Source: Eledone cirrhosa
Lineage: Eukaryota
Reading direction: 5' to 3'
Length of the DNA stretch: 64,000 nt
Assembly (NCBI GenBank): GCA_964016885.1
Contig: OZ024741.1
Span: forward strand, 252,464,001 to 252,528,000
A program made the position numbers and the translations under genes. Within the stretch, counting starts at the first letter, position 1; each line of letters begins with the position of its first letter. Below, in pieces: positions 61,982-64,000 of this stretch. The notes below the pieces were generated by a model. The model did not search any database and had not been told where the DNA came from. It saw only the letters and a program-made list of their open reading frames with translations.

Positions 61982-64000
61982 TGTGTGGCGAATTAGCAGA
62001 GTCATTTGAATGTCAGATATAATGCATTATGGTATTCGTTTTGGCTCTTTGTGTTCAACTCTCATAGAGGTCTGTTTTGCCTTTCATCCTTTTGAGGTCA
62101 ATAAAAAATAATGTTCCAGTACAGGGCTAGCATCAATTCTTCCTCTATATCTCTTTCACATTTCGATACTCTCTCCTTTTCTAGAAGAAATCGGCTGTAT
62201 TATAACCTGGAGAAAGGATATTTCTATGACTACATCAATATCAGTAGTTACAGATCTGTCATATTTTGTTTCTTTTTCCTACACTCTTCATTTCAAAACA
62301 TAACCAGTTGCTGTGTATTCAATTTTTGCTAACCACTCAAAAATAGATCTAATTAATGGTTTCTCATTTAGGCACATGGCCAACAATTTTTGGGGGGAGA
62401 GGAAAGTCGATTAAATGGACTCCAGTGCGCTACTGGTACTTTATTTTATCGACCCCATGAGGATGGAAGGCAAAACTAACCCTCTGGGATTTGAACTGAG
62501 AATGTAAAGGGCCCTAACCATATGCTTTAACGATACTGCCAATCCACCGCTCTAGCTAATTGGTTGTTTCTATTTTTGGCACAAGGCCAGCAATTATTCC
62601 AGTGCATTACTGGTATTTTATTTTATCGGCCCTGTAAGGATAGCTATGCTAGTATCATGACGTTTGAGGTGTTTTGTTATGCTTTTTTGACGTTCTCGTT
62701 TCAAATACACTCAAGGTCAACTTTGACTCGTATCCCCTCAAGTTGATAAATAACCACTGATGAGTCTATTTCAACGAGAGTTCTTCCACCCCACCTCTCT
62801 TGTACTGATGTTAAACATCAATACGATAGCGTTTGTGAAACTAACAAAGTCAAGGGAGATAACTTAGGATTACTTATTTTAAATTGTCAAACAGTGACGT
62901 TGAGCTGGTTATAGCAATGTAATTAATGATTTCTACTATAGGCACAAGGCCAGCAATATTGGGTGAGGAGAGGAGAAAGTCGATTAAATTGACCCCAGTG
63001 CATTGCTGGTACTTTATTTTATCGACCTCGCAAGGATGAAAGGCATAGCTAACCTCGGCGGGATTTGAACTCAGACCGCAAAGAACTGTAACTCTATGCT
63101 GTAAAGTATGGGGTCCGGCGCTCTACCGATTAATGTTATTTGGCACGATTGAACTGATCTATGATAAAAGTGGTTCCAACCATGACTCCACCATCTTGTT
63201 TCTTGGAGTACAGTATTCAGTGTGTTGTTTCGTTTGTCAGCATTTTGAGGAAAACGTTGCTTCCCCGGGAATGTAGTGAGTTACGGAGATCAGAAAAGTA
63301 ATTTGTGGACCACAAAGTAGCTCTGGCTTCTATTTACCACAACATAATAGCATGTAGGGTGAACGATTGTAATGTTATGGGTGCGATTCATGTAGCAGGC
63401 ACCGTGTTGTGTTCTTCAGCAAACTGCTTTATTTCACGTTGATCCAACAAAGGAAATTATCATCAGCAGTTGGGATGTTAGCTTTGCAGTGGACTGACAT
63501 CTTCTCCGTGAGGTAGTTATATACTCATAGTCACTTTAGAAACTATGAAACTGGGATAAACTGAACCTGGTGAGCCTATATATTCAGGACTAACTTTCAT
63601 TATAACAGCAACCCATTTACGTCAAATGTAGTTCTATGTAGTATGGATCACCAAATCGTACAAGGCCCTGTTTATAACGTAGCAGTTACTACGTTGTGTG
63701 GATCACACACTAGCTGTGTGTCACCTTAACTATAATAAAGAAAGGAGTGCGGGACTGCGTCCAGAATATATGTTTTTATCTCGTTTGTAAAATAAGTTGG
63801 ATTACTTTGAATAAATAATTGTTTCTACTTTTGGCACAAGGCCAGCAATTATCTCAGGGTATTACTGGTACTTTATTTTATCGACCCTGCAAGGATTAAA
63901 GGCAAAGTTAACCTCGGCGGGATTTCAACTCAGATCATAAAGGGAGGTAACTCTATGCTTCAAAGCATGGCGTCCGACCCTCTACCGATACTGCCAAACC
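61982..64000. mobile_element. Cluster of tRNA-SINE copies: ~61982-62105 (+), 62363-62550, 62565-62640, 62928-63130, 63820-64000 (-)
   Basis: Repeated ggcacaaggccagcaatt...ctggtactttattttatcgacc...ggatttgaactcag. Confidence 0.85.

Noticed and set aside
62757-62785. CTGATGAGTC as another hammerhead
   Set aside because: No matching stem II or GAAA could be formed.

Overview
AT-rich, microsatellite- and SINE-rich animal DNA, most likely an octopus (coleoid cephalopod); the species assignment is inference. Positions 1-58.2 kb hold a head-to-tail minus-strand array of six recently duplicated protocadherin genes, repeating every 9.1-12.0 kb. Conserved splice signals give each copy the same four-part structure: a leader exon next to a degenerate CAG/CAA tract, a 147-170 nt 5'-UTR exon, a ~2.46 kb exon (signal peptide, six cadherin repeats, TM, most of the tail) ending at a phase-0 GTAAGT donor, and a private 24-nt terminal coding exon, LPTRIKK* (off-window for copy 1). 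The copies are near-identical in EC5-EC6, TM and tail but are patchworks of shared variant cassettes in EC1-EC3, suggesting a recognition code shuffled by gene conversion or unequal crossover. Other notable items: a junction-spanning uORF and a fixed-spacing inverted intronic motif in all six copies, a diverging copy 6 with a LINE in its putative promoter, a Penelope-like GIY-YIG insertion, and a perfect 371-bp palindrome carrying a hammerhead-ribozyme fold on each strand. From ~59.4 kb the window is transposon-derived. Gene models are read from sequence only, without transcript data.
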